Positions 1 through 11,784 are shown, numbered from the stretch's first letter. The stretch: 64,000 nt of DNA from Macrostomum lignano (GCA_002269645.1 NIVC01004001.1:1-64000), one strand, 5' to 3'. Notes: a model not told the origin generated them from the sequence alone. Program-made: numbers and translations.

Positions 1-890
1 AAGTCAATTGAGTAAAAGTTACACAAAGCAGCTATGGCATAATTAATTTCTTAGGCAAGTAGTACTAGTTTCTATTAAAGTTAAGCAATGTGGTTATACA
101 ATATAAATCAAGTTATGGGCTATGCTTCCACACTGTGTTTTCAATACTGTGATACAATTCAATTCAGTGTCAAAATTCGGCTAGTACAGACAATAAATAA
201 AAGCCTGGTGTGATGTCATTTAAGAATTAGAATTCAACTAGTCAGTTTTTTCTCTAGCATTCTTACAATGCATTTTAATTTGAAAGAGCTGCTTGACCCT
301 TGCAAAAAGCATGTTTTTTATATTTAATCCCTTTGACATTGAGCAATTTCTTAGCCAAGATGCATGTACTGTCACAGAAAAATTTCTAATTGAACAATGC
401 AAGTTCAAACAAAATTGGTTAAGCCATCTAAATATACTAAATCTCTAATATTTGTATGTTTGTCCATAATCCAATATACTAAAAATGAGTAATCTGTGTG
501 TATGTATGTGTGAGATAGATTTCAGAAAAATGGCTTAACCGATTTTCTTCAAACTTGCACCATTCGATCAGAAATTTTCTGGGATGGTACATGCATCTTG
601 GCTAAGAAATTGCTCAATTTTAAAGGGATTAAATATTCGAAAAACATGCTTTTTGCAAAGGTCAAGCAAAATGTTCAACTTGAAATGCATTGTAAGAATG
701 CTAGAGAAAAACCTGACTGGCTGAATTTGATTGTGATAAAGATTGCATCACAACAAGTTGAAAATAGTGCCGAAGAAATGCACACACGACTTGATTTAAA
801 TTGTGTAACCATATTGCTAACTTAAATTGAGGCTGATACTGGCTGACTGAGAAATTGATTATGTCATGACTTTTTACTCCAATTGACTTG
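1..890. repeat. Small foldback: ~300-bp module in inverted orientation (1-370 vs 590-890); may extend beyond the window start
   Basis: aagtcaattgagtaaaaagt (1-20) is the near reverse complement of 869-889; attgagcaatttcttagccaagatgcatgtac (338-369) mirrors gtacatgcatcttggctaagaaattgctcaat (588-619). Confidence 0.75.
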
Positions 891-1069
891 CTGTGAGAAT
901 TGAATTATAAAGGCCACAATTCATGTTTTCCAATTGAAAAGAGATAGCCCTGATGCGAACAGACTGGACTGCTAATGTAGCGACCTAGGTTTGAATCTTA
1001 GTAGTGCAAAAAGGATTTTTTTTATTAAAACATCTTAAAACATAAAAGAAGCACAATATCAAACATAGA

Positions 1070-2030
1070 AGAGCCACCATGTCAAACATTAAAGAGCCAC
1101 CATATCGAATATAAAAGAGTTACCATGTCAAACATAAAAGAGCCACCATGCCAAACATAAAAGAAGTACCATGTCAAACATAAAAGAAGTACCATGTCAA
1201 ACATATACGTGACTCCATGTCAAAGATTAAAAAGCCACCATGTCAAACATATATGTGACTCCATGTCAAACATTTAGGAGCCACCATGTCAAACATTTAA
1301 GAGCCACCATGTCAAACATTTAAGAGCTACCATGTCAAACATAAATGAGCCACCACGTCTAACATTTAAGAGCCAGCATGTCAAACATTTACGAGCCACC
1401 ATGTCAAACATTTAAGAGCCACCATGTCAAACATTTAAGAGCCACCATGTCAAACATTTAAAGCCACCATGTCAAACATATATGTAACTTTATGTCAAAC
1501 ATTAAAGAGCCACCATTGTGAACATTAAAGAGCCACCATGTCGAACATAAAAGAGCTATACCATGAAGAACATTAAAGAGCCACTTTGTTGAACATTAAA
1601 GAGCCACCATGTCAAACAATAAAGAGCCACCATGTCAAACATAGAAGAGCCACCATGTAAAACATAAAAGAGCCACCATGTAAAAACATAAATGTGCCAT
1701 CATGTCAAACCTAAAAGAGCCACCATGTCTAACATAAAAGAGCCACCATGTTAAACATTAAAGAGCCACAATGTCAAACATAGAAGAGCCACCATGTCAA
1801 ACATAGAAGAGCCACCATGTCAAACATAGAAGAGCCACCATGTCAAACATAGAAGAGCCACCATGTCAGACATTGCAAAGCCACCATGTCAAACATAGAA
1901 GAGCCACCATGTCAGACATTGCAAAGCCACCGTATCAAACATAAAAGAGTTACCATGTAGAACATAAAAGAGCCACCATGTCAAATATTAAAGAGCCACC
2001 ATATCAAGCATAAAAGATACACAATTTCAA
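1070..2030 (+). repeat. ~20-bp minisatellite (agagccaccatgtcaaacat-) in the left foldback arm
   Basis: Roughly 45 degenerate tandem units read directly. Confidence 0.9.
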
Positions 2031-2132
2031 ATGTAAAAGTAAGCAAATTTTAAAGGAGCCACTATAATGCTAAGGAAATTGTCGCAATAGCTACTTATTG
2101 TCTGGTGGATGCTTGCTATTTGGGATGCTATC

Positions 2133-2371
2133 TGTAAGAGTTTAATGCATGATTTGGCAATTGCACGAAGAAGTACGAAAGCCACAGTGGGCGAGACGAT
2201 GTTATTTATTTAATATTTAGTCGGCTACTGCATTGCGTGGGTGGTGGTCGTAAATGTACACTTTGCTTACTACGAGTACAGATAAGGGGCGAGAGTTAGA
2301 GAGAGAAAGCCGGCTGACGTACGGACCCAGAAAAATGGGGTGGGCGCTCTATAGCAAATCAATGGCTCACA
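2133..2371. mobile_element. Probable solo LTR (239 bp) inserted in the 18-bp satellite
   Basis: Starts TGT (2133), ends ACA (2371), flanked by a 5-bp duplication CTATC (2128-2132 and 2372-2376); absent from the mirror arm. Confidence 0.6.
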
Positions 2372-2374
2372 CTA

Positions 2375-2615
2375 TCTATCTGGGGGATGCTTGCTCTCTG
2401 GGGGATGCTTGCTATCTGGGGGATGCTTGCTATTTGGGGGTGCTTTCTATCTGGGGGATGCTTGCTATCTGGGGGATGCTTGCTATCTGGGGGATGCTTG
2501 CTATCTGGGGGATGCTTGCTATCTGAGGGATGCTTGCTATCTGGGGCATGCTTGCTATCTGGGGGATGCTTGCAATCTAGGGGATGCTTGCTATCTGGGG
2601 GATGCTTGCTGTCTT
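2375..2615 (+). repeat. 18-bp minisatellite gatgcttgctatctgggg
   Basis: Tandem units read directly; inverted copy at 2925-3320. Confidence 0.9.
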
Positions 2616-2924
2616 GGGATGATTTCTTTTTGCATTGCACTTCATTCGAGTATTTTGTCTGTTTTTGTGAAGGCTTTATTTGGCGATCTTTTTGTTACTT
2701 GTAAAAAGCAGAGATTCTATACAGATGCTAGTTTTTGCTAAAAATTGATGGCATACCCACAGACAGACCATTTTTAGTATATTTAGATAGATGGACTAGC
2801 AATCTTCACCCCCCCCCTTGATGGGGGACATCTAGATAGAATCCATGTTCTTTACAAATAACAAATAGATAGCAAAATAAAGCCTTCATAAAAAACAATA
2901 GACATTCCCTTTAAAAACAAAACA

Positions 2925-3320
2925 TCCCAAGACAGCAAGTATCCTCAGACAGCATTCAAGCATCGATCCCCAAATAGCAAGCATCCCCAGACTGCAAGCA
3001 TCCCCCAGATAGCAAGCATCTCCCAGATAGCAAGCATCCCCCAAGCAACCCTATAGCAAGCAACCCTAGATAGCAAGCATCCCCCAGACCACAAGCATCC
3101 CCAGACTGCAAGCAACCCCAGATAGCAAGCATAACCTGGATACAAAGAGACCTTATAGATATCTAACAACCCCCTCTCAGATAGCAAGTACCCTCTGCCC
3201 CCCAAGAGCAAGCATCTCCCAATAGCAAGTTACCCTAGTAGCAAGCATCCTTCCAATAGCAAGCATCCCTCAGAAAGCAAGCACCCCTGATAGCAAGTAT
3301 CCATACTTAAATAGCAAGTA
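2925..3320 (-). repeat. 18-bp minisatellite (inverted copy, gatagcaagcatccccca)
   Basis: Reverse complement of the 2375-2615 array. Confidence 0.85.
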
Positions 3321-3364
3321 TCAAGCAGCAAAACAAGTAGCTAGTGCAACAATTTCCTTAGCTT

Positions 3365-4105
3365 TATAGTGGCTCCATTTTGTTTGGCATGACACTTCTT
3401 TTTATGTTTGAAACAGTGTCTTTTATGTTTGACATGGTGGCTCTTTTGTGTCTGACATGTTGGCTCTTTAATGTTTGACATGGTGGCTCATTAATGTTTG
3501 ACATGGTGGCTCTTCTATGTTTGACATAGTGGCTTTTTGTGTTTGACATAGTGGCTCTTTATTGTTTGACATGGTGGCTCTTCTATGTTTGACATGGTGG
3601 CTTTTTTGTTTGACATGATAGCTCTTTAATGTTTGACATGGTGGCTTTTTAATGTTGACATGGTGAGCCGTGGTGGCTCTTCTATGTTTGCCATGGCACC
3701 CCTTTTATGTTTGAAATGGTGTCTCTGTTATGTTTGACATGGTGGCTCTTTAATGTTTGAAATGGAGTCACGTATATGTTTGACATAGTGGCTCCCTTAT
3801 GTGTGGCATGGTGTCTCTTTTATGTTAAATGTTTGACATTGAGTCACATGTATGATTGACATGGTGGCTCTTTTATGTTTGCCATGATGGTTCTTTTATG
3901 TTTGACATGATGGCTCTTTTTTTTGTTTGACATGGTGGCTCTTTAATATTTGACATGGTGGCTCTTATATTTGGCATTGTGGCTCTTTAATGTTCGACAT
4001 GGTGGCTCTTTTATGTTTGGCATAGTGGCTCTTTTATTTATGGCATGGTGGCTCTATAATATTTAAAATGGTGCCACTTTTATGTTTGGAATTGCGCTTC
4101 TTTTA
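3365..4105 (-). repeat. ~20-bp minisatellite (atgtttgacatggtggctct) in the right foldback arm
   Basis: Reverse complement of the 1070-2030 array. Confidence 0.9.
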
Positions 4106-7100
4106 TGTTTAGCATTTTGTGTTTTTAAGGTGTTTTAATAAAAAAATCATTTTGCACTACTAAGATTTGAACCCAGGTTGCTACATTAGCAGTCCAGTCT
4201 GTTCACATCTAGGCTATCTCTTTTGAATTGGAGAAAATGAACTGTTGCCCTTATACTTCAATTCTTACAGCAAGTCAATTAGAGTAAAAATTTATGACAT
4301 AATCAATTTCTCAGTCAGCCTCAATTTAAGTTAGTAATATTGGTTACGCAATTTAAATCAAGTCGTGTGTGCATTTTTTGACACTGTTTTCAACTTGTTG
4401 TGATGCAATCTTTATCAGAATTGAAATTCAGTCAGTCAAGTTTTCCTCTCATTCTTACAATACATTTCAAGTCAAAAATTTTGCTTGAACTTTGCAAAAG
4501 TCTTGAGGTTTTTTACCTCAATAGTTTGAAGTTTTCCCCTCTGCAATTTGCAATGATCCCTTTGACAATCTGCAGTTCCCCTCAGCAGTCTGCAGTCATT
4601 CCATTTTCAGTCTACAACTGTTCTATTAACAATTTTCATTCATCCTCTCAGCAGCCTGCAGTTCTCCTCTTGGCTGGCTCCTCAGTCTCCTCTGCAAACT
4701 GCAATTTGCTCAGTATTTTATGGCTCACTAATGAATTTTCAATACATATTGGCAGTCTTGCAAAACTCAGCATTTAGCAATACCTTCAGCAGTTTTTTTC
4801 AGAATTGTCTGCAGTTTAGCAATTTCATACTTTCATGGAGCTAGGCAATATACCCATTGATGGGATCAGTATGCTTGTAATACATTTACTCGAAGCAGTT
4901 TTTACAAATCAAATTTTGTTTTTTACAAATGGGCAAGTCATAGGCACTCATAGGACCCTCATTGAAGTCCTTAATGATGAAATATTTGCCTAATGACTAA
5001 ATAAGTAACAATTGCTATTAAAGCATATTTAAAATAATGGCATTGCCATTTTAAAGTAATTTGTCATTTTAAACTAAAAACTTTAGTTTATAAATAATTT
5101 CAGTAGCAGATATAACTTCTTTGTAATAGAATATTTTATTTTTAACTTGGAATAAAATATGCTTATATTATAAATTCCTTTATTCCTTTAAATTTTAAAA
5201 AAGATAAAAAGCAAAGCTTCCTCCTAAGCATTTATTTTGGCAACTAGATGTTTTGGTAAACAGATGCTTTGGTTAATAGTTTCATAAAAACTAGACATTT
5301 TGTTTCTATATAGGCCTTAGTTAAATAAAAAGATAAAAAAACATTTATTTATTTGACTTTAGTTTGTTATTGCAGATTTTGTGTAGCTAGCATGATAGCT
5401 AATGATAAATACATATAATTTGTAACCAAAAAGGAACCTTTAATAACCTAATCACTATTCACCCAAATGCCTAAGCACAGACAATGAATGTTATAGAACT
5501 GTTCTTTTTAGGCTTAAACTACACTAAAATGTAGTATTTTTGCTTTATTGATTTTTTACTAAAGCTTATGATTGTTATTCATATCTGATAGATTGATTAT
5601 GAGTATTATTCATTTATACAAAACATAAACAAACTACATTTAAATAATTTCAAGGTGTATAAAACTCAACCAAGGACAAAAAGAACATTAAATAAATTTT
5701 GAATATAGATATTTTTGTAAAAAACCTTTGTTTTATTTACAGAAAAGTATTATAGTATATTATGTAAATTATGTATATTATATTTGTATTACATACTGTT
5801 TGCAGTTACACTACCTTCTGAATATGGATTTTAATATAGATTTTATTGTAGTCTAGCAGTGTTGAATACTACACTATGCTTGTTTTTAGTTAATGTTTGA
5901 AATGCTTATAGATTATCTTTACTTTTAATGCTGGACCTGCTGTGCCTACTATTAGTAGTCACTAACTATTCAGTTTAGGCATGGGAAAATTCGTGTCATA
6001 ACTTAATTGTAATTTTCCTTCTTGTCGCAGGGAATCCAGGGAAACCAAACCAAGGTAGAATTCAAGCGTAGTCGCATCAGCATGTCGAGAGTCTGATCTG
6101 AAGTCGATTGTACTTGGGAAACTTCAGGAAACTTTAGGGAAAATTGTGCAAACTGTGAAAATTGGTTTAGATCGGCAAACAATGATTTGCAAAAAAAGAA
6201 TGCGATTTAGACAGTCAGGATGGTACAGCACAAAAAACCCAGGTTAAAAAGTACATTGAATTCAAAGGCCAATTGCCCAATTCATTTTGTGCTTTCATAA
6301 TTTTCGATCAAAATGTCGAGTCAGCCAGCAGTTGTATGGGTTTCGACTGTTTCTGCACTTGAAATTTTAGAAGTTTTTGTTTGAAGGCGAGGCGACTACA
6401 GTCTCTTTCATCTCCTTCCCAACGACTGACTTTGCTACTCGCCCCGCCCCCTGCTCTTCTCCACTTACTCATTTAGTCTTGCCTTTACTTCACTCGCGTG
6501 CCTTGTGGCTTCTTCGTGTTAATGGGGACGGAGGGCTCATGCGTGTACAGCTGCGTGTGTGCAGGCTACAGACACCCTTGCCCCCCTCTCTCTCTCTCTG
6601 TCCCTCTCTCTGCTCGTTCGGGCCGTCTGCGACCGTCCCTGTCTTTTTGTGTTCTTTTTTATCTTTTATTTGGCAGCAGTGTCCTTGGCTTGTACTCTGT
6701 ACTGTTAATAACTAAGCCGACAAGCCGTCTCGAACCCAAGCTTTGCCAATCTGTTTCTACTTAACCAAAGATAAGCAGTTTACTGTCGGTTAGCTGTTTT
6801 GTCTGTTTACTCCGTTTGTAATTAGAAGTTCGATTTTTTATTCAAACTAATTCTTTAGAAATATTCTTATCTGATCTATTGCTGAAACTTCGAGACCAAT
6901 AGAACTTGTCAGACTTCGTAGTTTTTGTTTTTGTCGATAACTAAAGTCGGTCGCTTTCTGCGAAGCTATTTTTTGTTGATTAAAAAGAGGCAGTAGAACT
7001 TTTCTGTCTCTCGTCTCTTTTGATGCTGCTGTGCACGCCATCAGCTATATAATTTTACTATTTGCATCACCTGGCCTATTTAACCCAGGTAAACAAAACT

Positions 7101-7561
7101 GAGACGTCAGGGAGGGGGATTGAGCTCGCGGAACCGGACTGGCTCGCCAGATCTAGGACTTTTAGTCGGAGCATCCGCTGATCAAGTGCTCCTCCTGTGC
7201 ATGACCGCTCTGGACTTGTGTCTTTCAGCTTGCGTGCTGTTTTCCATTTCTTTCCTTCCTATTTCTCTCTCCCCCTCTCTGCCCCAAAACCCTGGCGGGC
7301 GCGGGTTGTCTGGGCGCCGACTAGGGGGAAGGCCGGCACTGGCCGCCACCCGCTCCCTCTTCCAGGGCATCACGTGACTGCATGCCTGTGTACGGGCGGC
7401 TCCCTTATTTTTGAGCCGGGGTCGCCTCTCCGCTGTGACTAGAAAAGACGGACAGACAGACAGATAGACTAGCTAATCATAGTTTTAATCTTCACAGACT
7501 GGTAGTTCATTTAAGGCGCGGATAATCTAGAAATGCATTGATAGGTTTGCTATTCTCGAAC

Positions 7562-9241
7562 ATGCCAGTGGCTCAAAAGTCTTACAACAACTATTTACAT
7601 TCCCAGCTGGACGGTGAAGCAAACCAGCAGCATCGGTTGAACTATTTTACTGACGGATCTTCAATGCAGGAGCAGAAATACGAGCCGCCCTCGCCGCTGT
7701 CTCTGCCGCAGCACAGCTTCATGCTGCAGCAGCAGCTTCCGCATAGCAACACACCTGGCGGCCTGATGTCTCCGCCAGGCGCCGCGCCGCAGGTCAAGCG
7801 CAGCTTCACCAAATCCGGCGTTGTGCACCGCAAGAAGTGCCGGCACCCCAAAACTCCGGCTGATTTGCTGCATAGGTTCTGCCTGGTGTGCGGGGCCAAG
7901 GCTGAGAATTATAACTTCGGCGTCATCAGCTGCGAGTCCTGCAAGGCGTTTTTCCGGCGCAACGCGCACAAGAAGACTCTGGGCGATGCCGGGTTCAGCT
8001 GCAGCTTCCAGCACGCCCGCTGCGAAGTCACCCTGGCGACGCGGAAGAAGTGCCCGGGCTGCCGGCTGGCCAAGTGCTTCCGCGTCGGCATGCAGGCCGA
8101 CCTTATCCAGAAAGGTGAAGTGCTCACGGTTGGCGATGGAGTTCCCAGCGTCTCTGAGTCTGCGATGCCGTCGGTGCAGATGCGGCAATCGACCTCCAAC
8201 GAGTATTATCAGTACCAGCCTGCTATGCCGCCGCTGACCCCACCGCCTGTGCCGCCGCCGCAGCAGCAGCAGTTATTGTCGGTGCCGACCCCATCGACTT
8301 CGTCCAGCTGCCTAGCCCAGTCGCCGCCAAACAACGCCAGATGCTGGCAGGCGCTGTGGTACCACCTGCACAATCCCGTGCCGTCGGAACCGTCGCCCAT
8401 CACCGACCTGGAATACAACGAAGCCATCGACGCCTCTGACAAGAAGTACGCCAATGTACTTTTGGTTGATTTTATTGACGAACTGCAGCAGCTGGTGGCC
8501 GAGACCATGCTGTGCAACATTGCCACCCCGCCCAGTGTGCAACTTGATCCGCAGCAGCTCTCCAGCTGCGTGTCCACCAACATCATTCTGTTGGAGGTCT
8601 TTGTTCGCCAGGCGGTGCTCTTTGTTCGCAAGATGCGCCAGATCAACCTGTTGGAGCGGCAGCACTTTCTGCAGCTTATCAAGTCCAGAATTCACTCGGT
8701 TATTTTCCCGCTGTCCTGCGCCGGCCTAAACCAGGCCGACGATCGCTACTATTTCACCATCAACGGCCAGCGGGTCTGCTGCCAGCCCATCGAGATGTTC
8801 AGCGACCTCGTCCGCCAGTCTGGCAATCGCCTGATCGACTATTCTCCTCTTAGCGAGTTCCGCACCTACGCTCGCTACCTTGGCGAGGCCACGGAGATGC
8901 GGCACGACCTGCTGGCGCTGTTCTGCGCCACCAAACTGCTGCACCTGCCGCCGGACTCCGGCATCACGGATCCCCGCCTGGTGGACGCCTGCAAGCGGCT
9001 GAGCCTGCGCTACCACCAGCACATGACGGACACTCTGTTCTACCACTTCCCCTTCGACTACGAGGAGAAGCTGCAGCTCACCTGCCGCCTGTTCAAATGG
9101 TCGGAGACTTTCGATTCCACTCTGGACAAGTTCATCCTGTACTGCCCGCTGCAGACTAGCGAGGACAACAACTGCATGGCTCTGCGCGAGCTGCGAGCCC
9201 GAGATCGGCAGTCTGCTGCTGAGAACGGCACTTCCGGCTAG
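7562..9241 (+). CDS. HR96: Nuclear hormone receptor, NR1J/HR96 (DAF-12/NHR-8/VDR-related) type; single coding exon, ~559 aa
   Basis: Uninterrupted ORF (first ATG 7562; the track starts at an upstream TTG, 7538). C4 zinc-finger DBD at 7880-8092: CLVCG...NYNFGVISCESCKAFFRRNA...CRLAKCFRVGM. P-box ESCKA is diagnostic of NR1I/J. A divergent LBD follows, with an AF-2-like MALREL near the C-terminus. Confidence 0.85.
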   Translation: MPVAQKSYNNYLHSQLDGEANQQHRLNYFTDGSSMQEQKYEPPSPLSLPQHSFMLQQQLPHSNTPGGLMSPPGAAPQVKRSFTKSGVVHRKKCRHPKTPADLLHRFCLVCGAKAENYNFGVISCESCKAFFRRNAHKKTLGDAGFSCSFQHARCEVTLATRKKCPGCRLAKCFRVGMQADLIQKGEVLTVGDGVPSVSESAMPSVQMRQSTSNEYYQYQPAMPPLTPPPVPPPQQQQLLSVPTPSTSSSCLAQSPPNNARCWQALWYHLHNPVPSEPSPITDLEYNEAIDASDKKYANVLLVDFIDELQQLVAETMLCNIATPPSVQLDPQQLSSCVSTNIILLEVFVRQAVLFVRKMRQINLLERQHFLQLIKSRIHSVIFPLSCAGLNQADDRYYFTINGQRVCCQPIEMFSDLVRQSGNRLIDYSPLSEFRTYARYLGEATEMRHDLLALFCATKLLHLPPDSGITDPRLVDACKRLSLRYHQHMTDTLFYHFPFDYEEKLQLTCRLFKWSETFDSTLDKFILYCPLQTSEDNNCMALRELRARDRQSAAENGTSG

Positions 9242-9752
9242 CAACCGAAGGCTGCTGGCTGCTGCCTGGCCATGACCAGCTGAGCCCCTGTCAGGCTTAC
9301 TATTATTACTATTATTGATGTCGATAGTTTATCCCATTTATCGTTTGCTCTGCCCGCACCCCAGCGGATACGCACTACATGTGGAGCTGCTGTTGACATG
9401 CAAATGCGGCTAATGTGTTGTCATCAATAGGCAGTTTTGGCTTTTCTGCATCGAGTGTAATTATTATTATTATTTTAATTAATATTGTTAAGCTTGGTTG
9501 TTTTCATCTCTAGGTGGCATCTATAGTATCTCGGGCCTGTTATTAATTTTTTTGTTTTGTCCTCAATGCTGTCTGAATTGACTGTCCCTTTTATTAATTC
9601 ATTTGTTAATTCACTTTTTTAGATATCGTGTTTTTTGAGCAGTCTACGTGTAAAGTTAGACGGCTAACTTATAGTATCTACTAAAGGTGTGTTGTGCTTG
9701 GCATCATTTTGTTTATTTTTGTTCATTGGTCGGACCATCTGTTTCTATGGCA

Positions 9753-10086
9753 CCGGGGGTCGGGCAAACTTTTTACCTTGAGGGTCTGATAGAGAACGTA
9801 GAGTATGGCTGCGGGCCGGAGGAGGGGAGAGAGGAGAGGGAATGAAGAAGAGAGAAGGAAGATAAGAGAGAGGAGAGGCGAGAGAAGAGACGAGAGAGGA
9901 GATGAGGATAGAGGAGAGGAGATGGGGAGAGAAGACGAGAGGAGAGAGAAAATGATCGAGAAGAGAAGAAAGGAGAGAGGAGATGGAATGAAGAAGCGAG
10001 AAGATAAGAGAGAGGAGAGGAGAGAAGAAAAGGGAGAAAGACAGTAGCCCGTATGTGGACCGCGGGCCGGAGTTTTCCAACCCATG
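9753..10086. mobile_element. Degenerate hAT-type non-autonomous element (MITE) with an internal GA-rich microsatellite (9808-10044)
   Basis: Ends ccgggggtcgggcaaacttttt ... ccgcgggccggagttttccaacccatg resemble the CAGGGGTCGGCAAACT / GGCCCGCGGGCCGTAGTTTGCCGACCCCTG termini of hAT MITEs. No clean TSD. Confidence 0.5.
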
Positions 10087-10439
10087 TTCTCTAACATTTG
10101 TTTCCTTTAAGTCCAATCATTTTAAGCTTCGTCATTGATCCATTATTTGTAAAAAAAAATTGTATTTGAATATCGCCAAAACTGCAAAACTTTAACAAAA
10201 AATTCTTGCCATATAAACAAAGAGAACAATGCGGCGCTATTGTTGCTATGCACAAATGCCACTCTTGGGCTGCCTCGGTAAAACTCAAAGCATTGGCCGT
10301 CGATTTTTTTTTTAACAGATGCTGCCCACCCACTGTTAATCTGTGAGCTGTGACCCTAATGCACCGATTTCATGATGGACTGTCCTAACTTAAGCAGCAG
10401 CTACGAACCGTTCATAAAACCAAGAAAGAGCAGCCTGCT

Positions 10440-10708
10440 AACCCCCACCCCTTTGGCCATAGACATCGGTTCGGTACACTCTCTTAGTAGACTGATATTC
10501 CCCCCGCCTTTGGCCATAGACATCGGTTCGGTACACTCTCTTAGTAGACTGATATTCCCCCCGCCTTTGGCCATAGACATCGGTTCGGTACACTCTCTCA
10601 GTAGACTGATATTCCCCCCGCCTTTGGCCATAGACATCGGTTCGGTACACTCTCTCAGTAGACTGATATTCCCCCCGCCTTTGGCCATAGACATCGGTTC
10701 GGTACACT
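10440..10708. repeat. 57-bp tandem repeat x~4.7
   Basis: ctttggccatagacatcggttcggtacac... recurs at 10451, 10508, 10565, 10622, 10679. Confidence 0.95.
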
Positions 10709-10709
10709 A

Positions 10710-11180
10710 GGACGACACTTCGTTTCTTGGAAAATTTATTGAAGGCTGATTTTCACGGAAAAAATGCACTAGAGAGATAGGAACTTTTCACTTTTTTTCA
10801 CTTTAAAATGGTGATAGTTTTTTATTGGAAGCAGAGAAAGAGAAATACAAAGCTCTTCTTTTGATGTAACTTACAAAACATGTTGCTTCGACGGATTTAA
10901 TAAAGATTTTTTCATGAATAATTGATTTTGATTAGCAATATATCATTAAAAAACAGTTGGCTATAATTATATGCCCAATTCACTGCTTATTCATTTTTTA
11001 CAAAATTCGTTGAAGCAACATGTTTTGTAAGTTGTATCAAAAGAAGAGCTTTGTATCTGCTTCCAATAAAAGGCTATCACCATTTTAAAGTGAAAAAATG
11101 AAAAGTTCCTATCTCGCTAGTGAATTTTTCCGTGAAAATCAGCCTTTAATAAATTGTCCAAGAAACGAAGTGTCCCGTCC
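10710..11180. mobile_element. ~470-bp MITE with ~180-bp terminal inverted repeats
   Basis: ggacgacacttcgtttcttgg... (10710-10897) is the near reverse complement of 11003-11180 (...ccaagaaacgaagtgtcccgtcc); AT-rich spacer. Confidence 0.8.
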
Positions 11181-11784
11181 TTCTTCTAGTGGTCCTTGCT
11201 TTCAAACCGCAGTCTGATAAAGCACTTTTTGGCAGCTATAGCCTTAGCCTGTTCGCAGTCGTTCATGAGATCGGTCCCTGGGGTGCAGCTCGCTGTTGTG
11301 GTCAGTTTGTTCTCATGTCATGTGTTATAATCGTTAATCTACTGCTTGCCGTATATATACATACATAATGATTAATTATCAATATCATTTCATTTTTCTC
11401 ACCACAGTTCGAAACAGAACAGATGTGCGCAAGATTTATGTAGTTATATCGCGTTTAACTGTGTCCTCAAATAATACCAGCTTCTTGTGTACTGTCTGCT
11501 CCAAGTCTTAAACTTGTCGATTTTTTCCTCCGCTTATCTCAATAAACTACTCTGCGCCCTATTAAATTTAGTACGAACCGCCTGCGCCAAGGTGTTTTAA
11601 AAGAACTAGGATTTTTATTCTATATTAATTAGACCCAACTTTCAAGAGCAAGATAGCAGCGCTTGACTATTCTCTCTGCAGTTTCATTAACCTGGAGATG
11701 CCTTTGTCTTGCTCATTTCCTATTAACTATTTCTTAGGGAGTGCGATGTTGAAATGGAATCCCTTTTTTAGGAAGGTGAGATTT

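Larger units (their letters stand above)
590..4500. mobile_element. ~3.9-kb degenerate palindrome / foldback (FB)-like element with satellite-containing arms
   Basis: 650-1050 is the reverse complement of 4130-4500; the 20-bp satellite at 1070-2030 mirrors 3365-4105; the 18-bp satellite at 2375-2615 mirrors 2925-3320; unique 2670-2725 mirrors 2830-2895. Central loop is about 2725-2830. Confidence 0.7.

Noticed and set aside
7395-7441. Hairpin (cggctc...gagccg) followed by CTAG as a Helitron 3' end
   Set aside because: Short stem, spacing longer than typical, and no matching 5' TC end or second copy seen.
7642-9244. Antisense and alternate-frame ORFs over the receptor, AK, RhoGEF and TE exons
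   Set aside because: Expected shadows of GC-rich coding sequence; no motifs.
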